A stretch of 64,000 nucleotides of DNA, from the NCBI GenBank assembly GCA_002269645.1, contig NIVC01002896.1, forward strand, positions 62,001 through 126,000. The letters are read 5' to 3'. The notes under the pieces were generated by a model, which made no database searches, had not been told where the DNA came from, and worked only from the letters and a program-made list of their open reading frames with translations. This document shows positions 1 to 11,642 of the stretch, piece after piece (position 1 is the stretch's first letter; the number at the start of each line of letters is the position of its first letter). The position numbers were made by a program, and so were the translations under genes. This stretch comes from Macrostomum lignano (lineage: Eukaryota).

Positions 1-114
1 GATTACATGGCCTGATATAGCTTTAATATAGCCAACTATATTAAAGCTGTATCAGTTCGTTATGTGATTTAATCTCAAAATACATCGTAGTTTCTAATTG
101 ACAAAAAATTGCAG

Positions 115-518
115 ACGCGAATAAAGCTGCCATACATGTAAGCTATGAAGCTCATGCTGCTATGTCACCTCCTGAGACTCCTGCGAGACCACCTCTTCCG
201 GCGCCTGATGAGAGCCCGGCGCCTGATGAGAACCCTGCGCCTGATGAGAACCCTGCGCCTGCAACAGCTGATCCAGGACGTCCTATGTCCATTGCGCCAG
301 CAGTAGATGAGCCACCGGAGCCGGCCTATGACACAATTGTCTCGCTGCTTTACGACTTCAAAGACGACGCCCAGTCCAGCGTCCTGTCAGTGACAGCTGG
401 CGAGCAGGTCCTACTGCTCAGATGGGACGATGAATGGTCTCTAGTGTCTCGACTGGACAAGTCCGAGTCTGGCTACGTGCCAACCGCTTATATCTCTTCG
501 GAGACGCCTTCGGAATAG
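115..518 (+). CDS. Terminal exon of an SH3-domain protein (5' exons lie outside the window)
   Basis: Acceptor ttgcag ends at 114 and the frame is open to TAG at 518. The C-terminal ~60 aa (IVSLLYDFKDDAQSSVLSVTAGEQVLLLRWDDEWSLVSRLDKSESGYVPTAYI) have the SH3 signature (ALYDF-like start, W, GYVPxxY). A Pro-rich linker with three 18-bp PDE(N/S)PA repeats (~203-262) precedes it. Confidence 0.8.
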
Positions 519-1599
519 AATGAAATCGAAATAATGGAGACTGCAGGACATCGGAGATCAATAATGTTGTTTAATCATTGACCGTCATTAAATCTTGTTT
601 CGAATTCACGAGCTCTGTAAAATTTTCGGTTAAAATATGATAGATTGAGAAGTAAAGAACCAGACGGGAATTTAAAGTCAGTCCTGGAAGCAGTTGACCC
701 TAAGTTAGAAGGGAAGCAGCTACACACACGCACACAGGTGTGTTACGTCTGCCCCGATTTTTCCTTATCGTCAGGCTCAACGTGTCTTCTCCATGCCTTC
801 ATCAAATTGCCGATTTCCTTCCAAATTAACGTGGCTAAGAATAGTTGCGAGGGTGTGTTGGAATCTTTGATCACTTGATTGTCATTTCCGATAGAGTTTG
901 CTTAGGACGCAGTGTTCCTGATTAACGAACGGCACATTCACCAATACAAAAATCATATTTTTATAGATCGTACTAAGCAGAATATTAAGTTATTTTCAGC
1001 TCTTGAGCATTCTGTTTTTGGTTGTTCTTTCATGATTCGTGACGCCATTTTTAGCGACTTGTTAATATTCCAGAGCAGTGCATCCTTGTGCACCATTGTG
1101 ATATATACATCTAACTGTCCTTTTGACACTATATACTTTAGAGTTGTGCTCTTCACATAGGCTCATAGTTTTTTAATCCTAATTATAACAGATATTTTTG
1201 CGTGTTTTATCTTTTTACATTCATTTTTAGCAGTATCGCTGATCAGCATAACGCATAAGCATAACGCAGCTCACTAAGTTTGAACGTGTGTCTTCTTTGT
1301 TGTACGAGTGACTAAACTTTTGTTATATACCCTCGTAGATACTCAAGCATCGATTTATTACCGAGTTCGCTTTTTTAAAAATAAAATTTGCCTCCATTTT
1401 AAAAGCTTGCTGTAATTTATCAATCAGAAAATTGTCGAAATGCATTTGTTTCATTTGGCCGAGCATTGAAGTAGGGTGGTCAGCGAAAATGGTTCTCCTA
1501 CCTACAATGTCCCTATCCACGTGTCCTGTAAGGCTGGACTTTGGCCTAATTACAATCTTCAAAAAGGGCCAAAATCGTAGCGGACCCAAAGACTATGCG

Positions 1600-3680
1600 T
1601 GAAAAGTGGCCGCAAGTTTTCGCGACCTAAATGCTGTTTACCTTAGTTATTCATGCCTGCTCGGTATGCATGTGGCTTCTTTTATCAGAAACAGAATACA
1701 AGTCTCAACGGGTGACAGACTGCAACACGATGGCCCCGCTGTCCATCCGATCCGACCATCGCCTGCTTTTCTGCAACCTTCGCACCCGGGACCCGCTCTA
1801 CAAGCCTCCCAAGCGACCCCCACGCCGCTACTACAGGGCACTGTGAGACTCCAGTACCCGCGGCAAGTTTGTCTAGGCGTTCGCCGCCGCACTGGGAGAG
1901 TCCGCGAGCACCGGCAACTATTCTGAAATAAGCGCGGCAGTGGCGACAGCCTCTAGCAAGACGCTGCCACTGATGCAACCTGCAGTCTGTAGTCTCCCGG
2001 TCTGGGCGAATGACAAAGGAGGTTCAGGAGGCGAGGCGGACAGTCGATAGGCTGCGACGGACCAGGCGACCGACGGCCGAGGCCGAGAAAGCCCTGACAG
2101 ACGCCTACACCAGGCGGCAGCAAGCCGCTGTTGACGATGCCATCCAAAGCGTCACCTCGGCGGGGCTCGACCAACGGAATCGGCTCGTCTGGCCCACAAT
2201 CAACGCCCCGACTGGCGCAAGAAGAAAACGGCGCTGAACTTGACCGGCGATACACCAGAGGCGCGCAGAAACGAACTGCGCGACTTCTTCGCTGATATTG
2301 TCAACTCGCCGCCACCGCCTCTGCCGGAAGCGATGCTATTGCCACTCGAGACAACGCTGCCGTCGCAGGAGGATTTCAGCACTCAGCCAGTGACCAGCAA
2401 CGACGTAGTGCAGTTCGCTCGCCAGGCGCCGGGAGTTTGCGCCCCCGGACTAGACGAGGTGCCTATCGAGGCGCTGCGAGTCATGAGGGTCGACACTGAG
2501 GTGGCCTGCGTGATGAACAATGTCCTCTCTGGAGGTGCCGCGCCCCGCGAGAGGATAAACGCGCACATCGTTGCGATTACGAAGAAGCTAGGCACGATAC
2601 GGAAGGAGGAGCACAGGGGGATCTCGCCGCGTCCTGCGCCGCGAAGCTGTTCAACCGCGTGCTGCCAGCTCGGTTGCAGCCTGTGCTGGACCAGTTTCTG
2701 CGCCCTGAGCAGAACGGGTTCCGCCCACATCGCAGTACAGTGACGCACATCCTGGCCCTCTGCCGCCATCATCGAAGAGGCGCGCATCCATCAGTCAAGT
2801 TTCGTGGTGATCTTCATTGACTCCCTCAAGGCTTTTGACTCGTTGGTTCGCGGCGCGCTGCCTCTCGTGCTTCACGCGTACAATGTACTGAAGCAACTGA
2901 TTTCCACCGTCATGGCGATGTACCAGGACACGACCACTTCGGTGATGACGCCAGATGGACTGTCGGACCATTTCAGCACGTCGTGTGCTAGCATTGGATT
3001 GGGTGCTGAGGACCGGCCTGCCCGACCCGGATGACGGTTTCCAGCTGAGAAGACGCACGAGTCGGCGGCACCCGGAGAAGCGGCTCTCCGTTCCCGGCTA
3101 CGCGGACGACCTCGCGCTGCTGTCATAGACGGCTGAAGGCGCCCAGTGGCTGCTGGATGGCCCGACGGCGGCAGCATCGCGAGTCGGCCTCATGCTGAAC
3201 GCGCGGAAGACGGTGGTCTTCACGGTGACCTCCAACCTGCCTGCCGAGATCAACTGCCGAGACGCTGCCGGGGAGGCAATCATGCTTACCCGTTGCCAGC
3301 GGTTCCTGTACCTCGGCGGCCTCGTGCCGGACGTTGCCGACGACCTGGTGAGACGACGAGGACTGGCCTGGGCCGCGTTTCGTTCTGTGCGCTTCATACT
3401 TAATTCTGAGGTCCTGGATGATGAGCTCAGGGCTCGGCTGTTTCAGGCAGTCGTTGAGACTGTCCTGTTGTAAAACGCCGAGACCTGGACCCTGACGGTT
3501 GCTTTGGAGAGGCAGCTGGACGCTACACATGCGGCCATGCTGCTTGCGGCGTTCGGAGTACGCAGCGGTCCAGGCAGCGAGACCAACGCCGCGCTCTACG
3601 CAAGGGCGCGCCTGATGCGGCCTCTGACCTGCCGCGCGGGTGATGACTTCGACTTCGTATGGCACATACTTGTTGCGATG
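1600..3680 (+). mobile_element. Decayed, truncated non-LTR retrotransposon (APE endonuclease + reverse transcriptase), multiple frameshifts and stops
   Basis: Endonuclease C-terminal motif SDHRLL (~1755-1775). RT motifs lie in shifting frames: EQNGFRPHRST (~2706), VIFIDSLKAFDSL (2804 ORF), catalytic GYADDLALL (~3097-3123), LNARKTVVF, FLYLG and ARLFQAVVETVLL. Confidence 0.9.
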
Positions 3681-4319
3681 AGTGAGAGATCTTTTGTTTA
3701 TGTATTCCTTTGACCAGAATAGCTATAGTCTAAAGTATATACTGAGATCGCCAAGACCAGCGAGAGTATCGAGTTAGCTACATCTAAGGCGAAATCGCCT
3801 AATTACTCGTTGGCGCAGCCTCCACTGACTGTACGTGTAGCTAAATGTACTGTAAGACATGCAAGGTCGTTTTGATGAAAAATGGAAAATTCAGTGAGTG
3901 GTCATTTCCTGGATGGAAAACCCACAAAGAATTGCTATTTTATGTCTGAACTAAAATCTACAATTTTTTTAGATTTCCGTCGGAAGATATCTAGGAAAAA
4001 TTGCAACGAACATGTGTTATTTTTGTATACGTAACTGTACGTTTTACTGTACAGTTTATTAAATGCGAATATCCGTGTGAGCTTTGTGCCTTTACAGTAT
4101 TTTTTTAATTTTTATTGCAAATTGAATTACAAACCGGAACTGCAACTAGAATATTTCGATGATGAACTCTCACAACGATCTGCACAAAATTAGATTGGCA
4201 CATTTTAAGAGCAAATAAACAAAACAAACTTAAATCCTACTTACTAGTTTTTGCATTACCTTTTAAACATCTACTAGGTGTCAACGCTAAATGATTTTTG
4301 TATCCAAGATGAAACTATG

Positions 4320-4418
4320 CTTGTTACCGAAACGCGATGTCACCACAGGGTCTAGTCTTGTCACCGAAGTGACTTTTGCTTGTAACTGAAGTGACTGTCA
4401 CCGAAACGACTGTGCATT
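4320..4418. mobile_element. Isolated Mutator-type terminal/subterminal repeat cluster (right end)
   Basis: Short repeats cttgttaccgaa (4320), cttgtcaccgaa (4357) and tgtcaccgaaacgac (~4396) have the same organisation as the MULE ends at 12637 and 14174. The partner end was not found. Confidence 0.5.
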
Positions 4419-4734
4419 TAATCCCTAACCCCTGTAAGAAACGTGACCTATAACTGAGGAAGCGCCTTTGGGCCGTAAAGCAAATGAATCGATACTCCTT
4501 AGGTTATTACTCGAGATTTAAGCCATAAACTCCAATGGGACGCTAAAAATGGTATTCAATAATATCGCAGTAACTTGTAGACGGTAGCTCGTATTTGCAA
4601 CAGTTGTCTGAACATTCGAAATTAACATATAGATTATCTAGCTTACCTATCGATTTTGTACAGCAAGTGTCGAGCACAGACCGTGTCATTGATTAGTTAT
4701 TAATAATTAGCCAAGTCCAACGTGAAGTGTTCAG

Positions 4735-6060
4735 ATGAATAATCGATCGGAAGAGCAGACTGAGACATTATTGGACAAGTGCAGCGACCTTTTGATTGCC
4801 CAGAGCCAGCAGTTGCAGCAGATGTTGCAGCAACAGCGACAGTCGTCTGAAGCCGCCTCATCTGCAGCTGGTTTATCAAGAAAGCTTTGCTCGGCTCTGC
4901 TCATTTTGGAGCTGCACAGCAACTACAGTGGCCGATTGTTCGACCTACTCAAGTCTGAGCTGCTCACAGCGCTTAACCTTGAATTAAATACGCTTAGAAA
5001 TATCGATGTATCTAGCCTGGATTACCGCGAGGCGACGAGACTGCTCAAAGACTTGTGCCTGCGCAGCAAGGCCATGTCGCACGACGTCATCAAGGGCAGT
5101 CGGGATCTTTTGAAGGCATTCAAAACTGTTCAGCGATCGGACAAACGACCACGCAGCAGCAGCGCCTTGAGCCGGGTGCGGGACCTGGCCATGGCCCCGA
5201 GTAAGTGCCGTTCAAACTCCCAGTCAGGCCGTCAAACGGCTACCGCTTCCAGTCGAGACGCAACGGATACTAGCAAAGCCGACAGGCCTATGGCTCAGAA
5301 GCCAATGATGGTCAAGTCATTTGCTCTATTTGGTTTGAAAAAGAGCCTCACAGATCGTCCACCTAAGCAGCTGCCACCACTGCCTCCTGCTACCGCCTCT
5401 ACCCCAGTGCCCGCTGCTTCAAGCCCGCTGTGCCCGCTGCGGAAGCCAAAGGCATCCAAGTCAGTCACTCTGCTCAGTCTGGCGAGGAGTCACTCGTACC
5501 TTTCGCCAAAGTCGTCGAAACCGTCGCTGCCACCGCCTGTCGCAGACGCCTCAGAGTCCAAGGGTCCAGTGCCTCCACGGCGAAGCAGTTCCTTAAACTC
5601 CATGCCACCCGATCTGCAGCTGATTCTACAGCGACACCGTCAGCTGCATCAGCCGCAGTCTCAGTCATCGCAGCGGAGATTGGCTGAGCCAAGAATTGGT
5701 CGCGAAACTGCCTGTTTTCCTTGCTTGAAAATCGCAACTACAATGGAGCAACAACGTACATTTGGACCGACCATCTTGCAACAGCAGCAGAGCGAAGCGC
5801 ATAAGCTAGGGTCATTAAAGGCATCCGTGAGTACTGAAGGCACAACTCAGCTGCTGCCCAGCGAGACATCCGGCTCTCCGAATTCGGTTGGCGATTCGAA
5901 ACGGATTCCGGACAAAGTTGAAACCATTTCCGACACGGCCACTAAAGTGTCTGAGCTGGATGGCGCCTGGAATGGCTTCTACAGCAGTACCAGCGCCAAC
6001 TTATCCGAGTTGGACTGCACCGAATCGGCTGCGGTGCGCAATCAGATAGCGCCCAGGTGA
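4735..6060 (+). CDS. Intronless 441-aa orphan ORF: helical N-terminus, S/P/Q-rich disordered remainder
   Basis: Long GC-rich open frame in non-repetitive sequence, ATG start, AATAAA at 6115-6120. No recognisable domain. Confidence 0.6.
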   Translation: MNNRSEEQTETLLDKCSDLLIAQSQQLQQMLQQQRQSSEAASSAAGLSRKLCSALLILELHSNYSGRLFDLLKSELLTALNLELNTLRNIDVSSLDYREATRLLKDLCLRSKAMSHDVIKGSRDLLKAFKTVQRSDKRPRSSSALSRVRDLAMAPSKCRSNSQSGRQTATASSRDATDTSKADRPMAQKPMMVKSFALFGLKKSLTDRPPKQLPPLPPATASTPVPAASSPLCPLRKPKASKSVTLLSLARSHSYLSPKSSKPSLPPPVADASESKGPVPPRRSSSLNSMPPDLQLILQRHRQLHQPQSQSSQRRLAEPRIGRETACFPCLKIATTMEQQRTFGPTILQQQQSEAHKLGSLKASVSTEGTTQLLPSETSGSPNSVGDSKRIPDKVETISDTATKVSELDGAWNGFYSSTSANLSELDCTESAAVRNQIAPR

Positions 6061-6164
6061 GTTGCTTCCGAGTCTTGGGCTTGAGAATTCTAGCTACATC
6101 GATTTGCACTTTAAAATAAACAATTTACAAAGTTTGTGACTCAATAATCTCAATCCATTATTGG

Positions 6165-6910
6165 TGATTCACTCTCGACCCAGTGTCTGTGATTCACTCT
6201 CGATGCAGCGTCTGTGATTCACTCTCGATGCAGTGTCTGTGATTCACTCTCGACCCAGTGTCTGTGATTCACTCCCGATGCAGTGTCTGTGATTCACTCT
6301 CGATGCAGTGTCTGTGATTCACTCTCGATGCAGTGTCTGTGATTCACTCCCGATGCAGTGTCTGTGATTCACTTTCAACGCAGTGTCTGTGATTCACTCT
6401 CGATGCAGTGTCTGTGATTCACTCTCGATGCAGTGTCTGTGATTCAATCTCGATGCAGTGGCTTGTGATTCACTCTCGACACAGTGTATGTGATTCACTC
6501 TCGATGCAGTGTCTGTGATTCACTCCCGATGCAGTGTCTGTGATTCACTCTCGATGCAGTGTCTGTGATTCACTCTCGATGCAGTGTCTGTGATTCACTC
6601 CCGATGCAGTGTCTGTGATTCACTCTCGACCCAGTGTATGTGATTCACTCTCGATGCAGTGTCTGTGATTCACTCCCGATGCAGTGTCTGTGATTCACTC
6701 TCGACCCAGTGTATGTGATTCACTCCCGATGCAATGTCTGTGATTCACTCCCGATGCAATGTCTGTGATTCACTCTCGACCCAGTGTATGTGATTCACTC
6801 TCGATGCAGTGTCTGTGATTCACTCTCGATGCAGTGTCTGTGATTCACTCTCGACCCAGTGTCTGTGATTCACTCTCAATGCAGTGTCTGTGATTCACTC
6901 TTAACCCAGT
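6165..6910. repeat. 25-bp minisatellite GTGATTCACTCTCGATGCAGTGTCT (~30 copies)
   Basis: Direct tandem periodicity of 25 bp with minor variants (ccc/ctc, gacc/gatg). Confidence 0.97.
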
Positions 6911-7116
6911 CCGCTATTCGCTCAATTCTGCTCATTTTTAACTCTCAATCAAGAGTGGTCATTCACTCTCAGTCTATATTCAAGGATCGATTATCCATCC
7001 TTTGTCCGCGATTACATGTATTCAGTGTCAGTATCAATTCAGTGTTCAGGGATTCAGTGTCAATCTACGCATAGTTTGTATTTTTGCTAGACGACAAAAA
7101 TTTCTATTAAAGTGTA

Positions 7117-7578
7117 TTGATTATCCCGTCCTCATGTTTTAGCTTACGTGTTTCCATGTCTTGCAGAAGCAGCCCACAGCAAGACGCGACCATAGTTGAT
7201 TCTACAGCTGTCCCTGCAGAATCGAAAGCCTGCATTCAAAAGCTCCACCAACTCCAGAGGCTGCCAGCCGATGATGAAGCAACTCAGAGCCAACCAGTTC
7301 CGGTCTTGGTAAGGCGTCAAAGGCGCCGCCGGCCTAGGCGAACTCATCCGTCTCTGATCAGCGGCGGGACGAGCGGTAAGCCAGCTGCAACTACGGCAGT
7401 TGCCAGCAGACCCAGAAAGTTTTCGGAGGCGCCACCGACAACAAGGAGAAGCGGCATCGGCAGCGGCTTCAGTGGCGACGACGAGTCAAGCAGGACGCAG
7501 TCGGCGAGTCAAAAGCGTCGGCCGTGCAGCGGCAACGTCAGATACTTGGCTAGCGACGTCTTGGAGACGGATGTTTAG
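7117..7578 (+). CDS. Possible exon or ORF, low-complexity S/R/A-rich
   Basis: GC-rich 153-aa open frame with no ATG start and no recognised domain. Confidence 0.25.
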   Translation: MIIPSSCFSLRVSMSCRSSPQQDATIVDSTAVPAESKACIQKLHQLQRLPADDEATQSQPVPVLVRRQRRRRPRRTHPSLISGGTSGKPAATTAVASRPRKFSEAPPTTRRSGIGSGFSGDDESSRTQSASQKRRPCSGNVRYLASDVLETDV

Positions 7579-7804
7579 GCCAATCTAATAATCCGTAGAG
7601 ATACTCGTATCTAGAGGAATTACTCAAAGCTAAATTTATCTATTGTACATAGGAGCGCATTGCTTTAGCGTGAAGTAATCATTTAAATAGTTAAGAACAA
7701 AAGAACAGCTGCAGACTCAAAGCACAATAGGCCACGGTCGATAATTAGAATCGTTCCAATGGTGCAAACTGTTCAGAGCGGTAAAACGACAGAAAATGGT
7801 AGAT

Positions 7805-8002
7805 CTGAGATTGGAAAACTTTTTTACCACAAGGGCCAGATAAAGAGGAGAGATGAGAGGAAGGGAGAGAGGGGAGAGAGGAGAGAGGAGATGAGAGAAA
7901 AGAGACGTTAAAAGTTGAGACATGAACCTAAGCGGGCCGGATTGCTATTGTGAAGTTTCAAAGGACCCGGGGGCTTCGCGAGGCGGAGTTTGCCGACCCC
8001 TG
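7805..8002. mobile_element. hAT-type MITE (~198 bp)
   Basis: Perfect 8-bp flanking duplication TGGTAGAT (7797-7804 and 8003-8010). Right TIR ggagtttgccgacccctg; degenerate left TIR ctgagattggaaaacttt. Subterminal gggccaga / gcgggccgga motifs are shared with the 11141 element. Confidence 0.8.
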
Positions 8003-8518
8003 TGGTAGATACGAGCTAAAAACAAAATGCTCAAGCACATCGATAAGAGTTTCAAGTCTAAAAATGACACTTCACCTAAAGATTCGTCGAATTTTAATAA
8101 TTAGTTTTTGACACGCAGATTTTAATGTTTGCATAGATGACTTTTATTTTGTGGCTTCTGTGTACTTTCGTTATTTTTATTTCGTTCCTACAGTACGTAC
8201 AGCTGTTTCTAATTCGCATCTAATTTTGCTACATAGACTTTAGAGTATTGTACAGTGTCATACCGTAAGCTTGCGCAGCATTTTAATGGAAAACTAAACG
8301 CATAATTTTACTTAGATGTAATATAGGAACTAGCCAATACTGTATAGATTATCAAGGGAATCTCAGTGGTCAATGTTTGAACTCGAACGCAGACACAAAA
8401 ATGCACTGTGTTTGAAGACGGCTACGTATATTTCAAGTTCGGCATGCGCAGTTAGCTAGCGAAATCGACATCAGCTTTTCTCGTGAAGACGATTGTCGAT
8501 ATGGACTTAGTTATTACG

Positions 8519-9577
8519 TGACCCGGGCTGCACGAAAACACCTGTGCAACCCTTGGGCTCTGGCGCTGAAGGGTACAACCACCAGGCCTCATCCTCTAGA
8601 CTTTGTCCTCTAGACTAGATCCCATTATCTAGACAGTGGGCCACTAACGAGACGAGACTTTTGGTCTGTAACAGACGAAGGTTCTTGAACCCAGCTGTAC
8701 TACGAGTAGAAATGGCCGATTAAGGGACTCTATGCGAGGCATACAAGGACAGCCTAGTCAGTGCTGGAAACGAGGACTTTTGCATAGGGGGATATTTTAG
8801 CTGGTGAGCGATTTTAGACTACAATTCCCTCCTAAGCCCCAGGATCCCAAAGATGGATAGTAGGTAACGCCATTTTGATGTCTTTTCGCCTAGATGGGTT
8901 CGGTGCGGCAGGGGGTGGTGACGGGCAGGGCTGTTCGGCGCGGTGGTCGTCGGATGGTCACGGCGACGGCTGCAGTCACGGACGATCCAGAAGTCTCGGA
9001 TTGGGGTGGGTGTTAGGGAAAGTCAAAAACGATAGGAAAGGACAGTTAGCGGGGGGAGATCCTGAGGATCTTGGGGCAAACAACATATTTAGAGGCGATT
9101 GACTTTGTCATAGAGAGAGATCGCCGCCGATTCGGGTGCTGAGTCTCCCGAGGAAGGTTCGGTCTCACGAGAAAACAGAACAACGCAAGGAACCGAAAAC
9201 CAGTGTGATGTGCAGGGCAAGAAGACGTACGCCCGAAAGCAGCAGGGTGTAAAGTAAAGTTGCCTCTCAGGGCAAAAAAACAGGCTCCTATTTATAGCCC
9301 TGAGATCATGCGTCACGCGACCACGTGAGCGTGATGCGTGACATTGAAGGCTGTGACCTGTCCTTGACCTCCGTTACCAAGCAACAATGATTGGACAATA
9401 AATTGGAGTTGGGGCGCAGCGGAGAAAAATGATTTATGATGGGGGTTATCTAACAGGCGAGAAAATGCTTGGAGAGATAGGGGTCATAAAGCTGTCACAT
9501 GCATGATTGATTTCGAACAAAAGAAAGGAGGTGGGGTTGGTGCGCGGAGGAGTGGGTGAGCGATAAGCATATGTCAT
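8519..9577 (-). mobile_element. ~1.06-kb LTR-like / promoter-bearing repeat module
   Basis: TGAC...GTCA ends. Minus-strand TATAAATA (9289-9296) with upstream CCAAT motifs (9390, 9402), E-box CACGTG and CRE-like motifs. No TSD, PBS or PPT found, so the LTR identity is unproven. Confidence 0.35.
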
Positions 9578-9741
9578 CTAGAGTTTTAGACTAGATTTTA
9601 GTTTAGCATTGTACATAATAAACTAAACATTGTACATTTTACATGTACACTCCCTGGAAGTAACTTTTCGTAGAAATGATCGGTCCTCATGCAGTGTCGG
9701 TCGTGCCTTTGCGCCGTGAGGTTGCATCGTGCAGTTGCAAA

Positions 9742-11132
9742 ATGCCTCGCGGGCGTCGGCGAGCTCCGAGATGCCCTACTTGCCGAAAGGGCATCAAGGA
9801 CGGCGAGGACGGACTCGACTGCGACAGCTGCAGGAAATGATTTCACTGTGCCCGCAACATTGGTGCGATACTTTCAGCATTCTTTAAATTGGACTGTGGG
9901 GCGCTACCTCCAAACTTTCTGATCAGTGACGTCAGAGTGCAAGGCACCTCGCGGCGGCATCTGCTGTTTGCAAGTACAGCTATTGTGCTTCATGGTAATG
10001 TCCAGCCAGTCCAAGCAGGACTACGAGCTCGTACGTAGCAGTCTTCGGGCACCTGCGCCATTGCGACCACGTTGTCTTAGAGTCCGTCATGTTGGACTTT
10101 GAGGCCGCCGTCTGGCAGGCACTGCACGAATTGCTGCCGTCAATAGTGCCAAAAGACTGCCTTTTCCATTACTTGCAGGAAGAGCCAGCACTGGCAGCCT
10201 CGGCCAGCACTGGCAGCCTGTGCTACAAACACAATGCTGCTACGCGCCAGCTGCGCAGGCAATTGATGGCGGTGCCGTGTCTGCCTGCGTATGAGATAGT
10301 GGAGGCTTACACCAACGTGCGGCCAACCACAACAGCGACAAACGAAAACTACAAATTTACCACCCTGCTGCACACCTACGTCGCCCGCGTACGTCCATGG
10401 ATGTGCATGCAGCTGCGTCTGGTCGCTCGTCGAGCTCTCGGCCTTCAACCAGTTCGAGAGAACTAACAACGCCGTCGAAGGCTGGCCATTTGGGCTTTGC
10501 TAAACGCGCAAGTATCTGCAACCTGAACCGCGCCTCGCGGAACTGCTTTCTGCTTTCGACAGCGGGCCAGCAGGCAGCCGTCGTGGGGATTTCTCTCGCA
10601 CACAGCAGTGAGAAATCCGCGGCAACTCTTTGAGGTGCAGCAGCGTGACCAGGACCTGCGTACAGCCTCACAGGCCTACTCCATCGTAGGGTTCCAGCCC
10701 TTGCAGCTCCTCAACGCCTGCGCAGCGGTATAGTGGGCGCCAAACGTCGATCCATTTGAGGCGGTTTAAGCTTTATGGCTGTGACTTCCCTCTTTTTATT
10801 TTGGACATGTCATGTGAAGGCATTTTAACTGCATTTTTATCTTATACGAGCGCATTACTTTCCCTTTGTGACTGTTAATGTGGGCTGTATTCTTAAATAG
10901 GAATTTTATAGCTATTCACTTATTACTTTTTAAAACCAACCAACCATGGCTCAAGACACTATAGGCTGTGCTTTAAATTTTGTGCTTTTGTAACTTTATC
11001 TGTACTTCTCTATCGAAATATCAAACAAACATATGCTTCAAACAAAATTATCATGACACTTGTTAACATTAAACATAATTCTGGCTTGAAACAAATGCCC
11101 GGTTGACAAAATGCCAGTTTGACGAAATGTCC
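9742..11132 (+). mobile_element. Degenerate Mutator-like (MULE) transposon with N-terminal PHD finger
   Basis: ATG 9742 begins MPRGRRRAPR-CPTC-...-CDSC-RK*FHC (PHD pattern, W replaced by TGA). MULE core ...VMSSQSKQDYELV, MLDFEAAVWQAL...DCLFHYLQ (CxxH motif), RKLMAVP-like and RTNNxxEGWH-like segments lie in broken frames. Subterminal gacaaaatg/gacgaaatg repeats occur at ~11090-11132. Confidence 0.75.
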
Positions 11133-11140
11133 GTTTCACT

Positions 11141-11642
11141 CAGGGGTTGGCAACCTTTTCCACTTGAGGGCCAGATGAGGTTTTCAGTTCAAGACCACGG
11201 GCCACAGCTAGGTTGCCCCATCGATTACTCCGCCCCCCTCGATTACTTCGCCCCCCCTCATTGGGTCTTTACCCTCCAGAATCTGCCCCCTGGGTCTTTA
11301 GTACATTACTACATTTGTACCCCCCCCCGTTGTTAGCCCGTCGCCATCTCACTTTCCTTCGCCGTCAGTTCCCGTATTTCTATTTTATTCAAGTTTTAAC
11401 TGGTGTGTTGCCTAGTCTAGACTTTGTAAACAGCCACTTATACTCAGTTCGTGTCTCATTACTTTTTGTCATTAAAGTTGGCAATTGAGGAAAGAAATTA
11501 CCCATTTTTAGTGCACAAAACTTTTTTGGATTAAACAATGCAGTTACAATAAAGGTGCGGGCCGGATTATAATAATGAAGATAAAGGAAGTTTGCGCGGC
11601 CCGCATAGAAAGTCTTTGCGGGCCGGAGGTTGCCGACCCCTG
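11141..11642. mobile_element. hAT-type MITE (~502 bp) inserted at the MULE right end
   Basis: TIRs CAGGGGTTGGCAACCT / AGGTTGCCGACCCCTG. 8-bp flanks GTTTCACT (11133-11140) and GTTTAACT (11643-11650) match at 7 of 8 positions. Confidence 0.85.

Noticed and set aside
203-262. Hammerhead ribozyme cores (CTGATGAG x3)
   Set aside because: No stem II/GAAA partner. They are in-frame PDE codons of a coding repeat.
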